Origin: Squalus acanthias
Lineage: Eukaryota
NCBI GenBank assembly: GCA_030390025.1
Contig: CM059438.1
Coordinates: forward strand, 89,900,001 to 89,964,000
DNA length: 64,000 bases
Direction of reading: 5' to 3'
The notes beneath the pieces were generated by a model, which saw only the letters and a list, made by a program, of their open reading frames with translations, was not told where the DNA came from and made no database searches. Below are positions 62,510 through 64,000 of this stretch, piece by piece. The first letter of the stretch is position 1; every line of letters begins with the position of its first letter. Both the position numbers and the translations under genes were made by a program.

Positions 62510-62775
62510 TACTCTCTCCTGAAGGTGCTGACTAATGCCGAATATGGTTTCACAGTCACTGGAAGCCAGCTGGGACATCATTCAAGTGCTCATTCTGCAC
62601 ATACGAACCAAGTCAGCAAGCGTCGCGGGTTATTCGACTATGGAGGACATTGCAGCTGAACCTAATCATACCATTCTCAGCCTCCACACATGTATTTTCT
62701 AGCCAGGCTCACTGAATCAGCCACCAGAACTGGGTCATTTTCCCCTGTCTAGCACAGAAGCTAACTGTAGCAGCT
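62510..62775 (-). mobile_element. Older SINE-like family B, partial
   Basis: ctctcctgaaggtgctgact...caagtgctcattct blocks. Confidence 0.55.
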
Positions 62776-62847
62776 AACTACTGTCTTCATTTTTTTTTTT
62801 AAATATATAAATCAGTGAAGGTTGCACAAAACTCACTGAAAGACAAT

Positions 62848-63591
62848 GGGCCAAAAATTCATCCCGCTGCGCGAGAGTACGCACTGCGTACTCTCGCATA
62901 TTCTCTCTCCAATTGCCGGTTTTCTGCATGCCCTGCGCATGCGCTGAAAACCGGCACTTGGTCTTTTGAAAAGGGGGCGGTTCCTCGGTGCATCGCGTGC
63001 GCGCTACAGGCTGCGCGCACGCTGTGCACTTAGTGCTTTGGACGCGCAGGTAAGTACGGAAGATTTTAGAAATGGAAAAAGGAGGAGTAAGACCCACTTT
63101 TAACAAGGTAAGTAGTGAATTAAGTATTATTTTGAATTTTTTTTAACAGGTATATCTTTTTTAGAGACTTTAAAGACAGGTAAGTTTATTTTTATAACTT
63201 TTTAAAAGATTTTAAATTTTTTCAAAAATTTTATTTTTTATTTAAAATGGTTAATTTATTTAACTATACTTATTTTATTAATGTGATGGTTTTTTTTTTA
63301 ATTTAATTGAGGTTTAGCTGTTATTTTGGGGGGGGTGTAAGATTCATAGATTTCACAGCACGTATGTGAAACTTATGAATGGAAGATGGTGTGCTGCCAT
63401 TGGCTCTAACTGAGTCACGTGATCCCACAGCTCGCACGAATTCACTACGCCGGTGGGATACGCAAGCACTGCCCAGCTGATGTCTGGAACATCAAGTTCG
63501 TGCGAGCTGGATCTGAAAAAGCACACGCGGAGTGAGAGATCGCGGGGAAGCCTTACCCCCGCGGGAACAGAGCGAGATCAATTTCTGGGCC
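62848..63591. mobile_element. Non-autonomous DNA transposon, PIF/Harbinger-like
   Basis: TIRs gggccaaaaatt / aatttctgggcc, AAT on both flanks, CpG-rich ends and AT-rich centre. Confidence 0.6.
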
Positions 63592-63624
63592 AATATACTC
63601 AGGAATACTTCCAGAAGAATTTCT

Positions 63625-64000
63625 CCTTCCGAGTCAGAAGGTTGTGGGTTCAAGTCCCACTCCAGAGACTTGAGCACAAAAATCCAGGCTGACACTCCCA
63701 GTGCAGTGCTGAGGGAGTGCTGCTCTGTTGGAGGTGCCGTCTTTCGGATGAGACGGTAAACCGTGGCCCCGTCTGCCCTCTCAGGTGGACGTAAAAGATC
63801 CCACGGCGACTATTTTGAAGAGGAGGAGCAGGGGAGTTATCCCCGGTGTCCTGGGGCCAATATTTATCCCTCAATCGACATCACTAAAAACAGATTATCT
63901 GGTCATTATCACATTGCTGTTTGTGGGAGTTTGCTGTGTGCAAATTGGCTGCCGCGTTTCCTACATTACACTTCAAAAAAGTACTTAATTGGCTGTAAAG
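63625..64000 (+). mobile_element. Deu-domain SINE (SacSINE1-like), well preserved, runs off the window
   Basis: Near-identical to 8569-8815 and 9097-9220. Confidence 0.9.

Noticed and set aside
62848-63060. CpG-rich segment as FUBP3 promoter or exon 1
   Set aside because: Sits inside a TIR-bounded transposon-like element and does not encode the expected N-terminal F.DAL.R.RQ peptide; exon 1 is probably beyond 64000.
1-64000. CRISPR arrays, operons, rRNA/tRNA genes, snoRNAs
   Set aside because: None seen; tRNA-like A/B boxes belong to SINE heads, and the remaining short ORFs are intronic or repeat-derived noise.

Overview
Eukaryotic (vertebrate, very probably shark/elasmobranch judging from the repeat families) genomic DNA; no prokaryotic features. 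The window lies inside one minus-strand gene, FUBP3 (far upstream element-binding protein 3; FUBP1/KHSRP/FUBP3 family). I traced 17 coding exons (57640 down to 711), all GT-AG and phase-compatible, totalling 1677 nt (559 codons) and encoding four KH domains plus a C-terminal Tyr-motif region. Exon 1 and the final exon lie outside the window; exon numbers assume one upstream exon. Introns are full of CR1 and L2 LINE fragments, Deu-domain SINEs (SacSINE1-like), a second older tRNA-SINE family, Penelope-like elements, and hAT- and Harbinger-like MITEs. Most notable: (1) an extra Tyr-motif exon resembling FUBP1/KHSRP; (2) Penelope-derived minimal hammerhead ribozyme cores in the sense strand of the pre-mRNA; (3) a cluster of sense-strand TGCATG (RBFOX) motifs around exons 2-4 with a candidate 22-nt microexon frame-equivalent to exon 3; (4) a SINE>CR1>CR1 nested insertion creating a ~1.8 kb inverted repeat; (5) several candidate poison/alternative exons. 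I found no convincing wholly new biological system. Repeat boundaries are approximate and family names and orthologue comparisons come from recall, not from a search.
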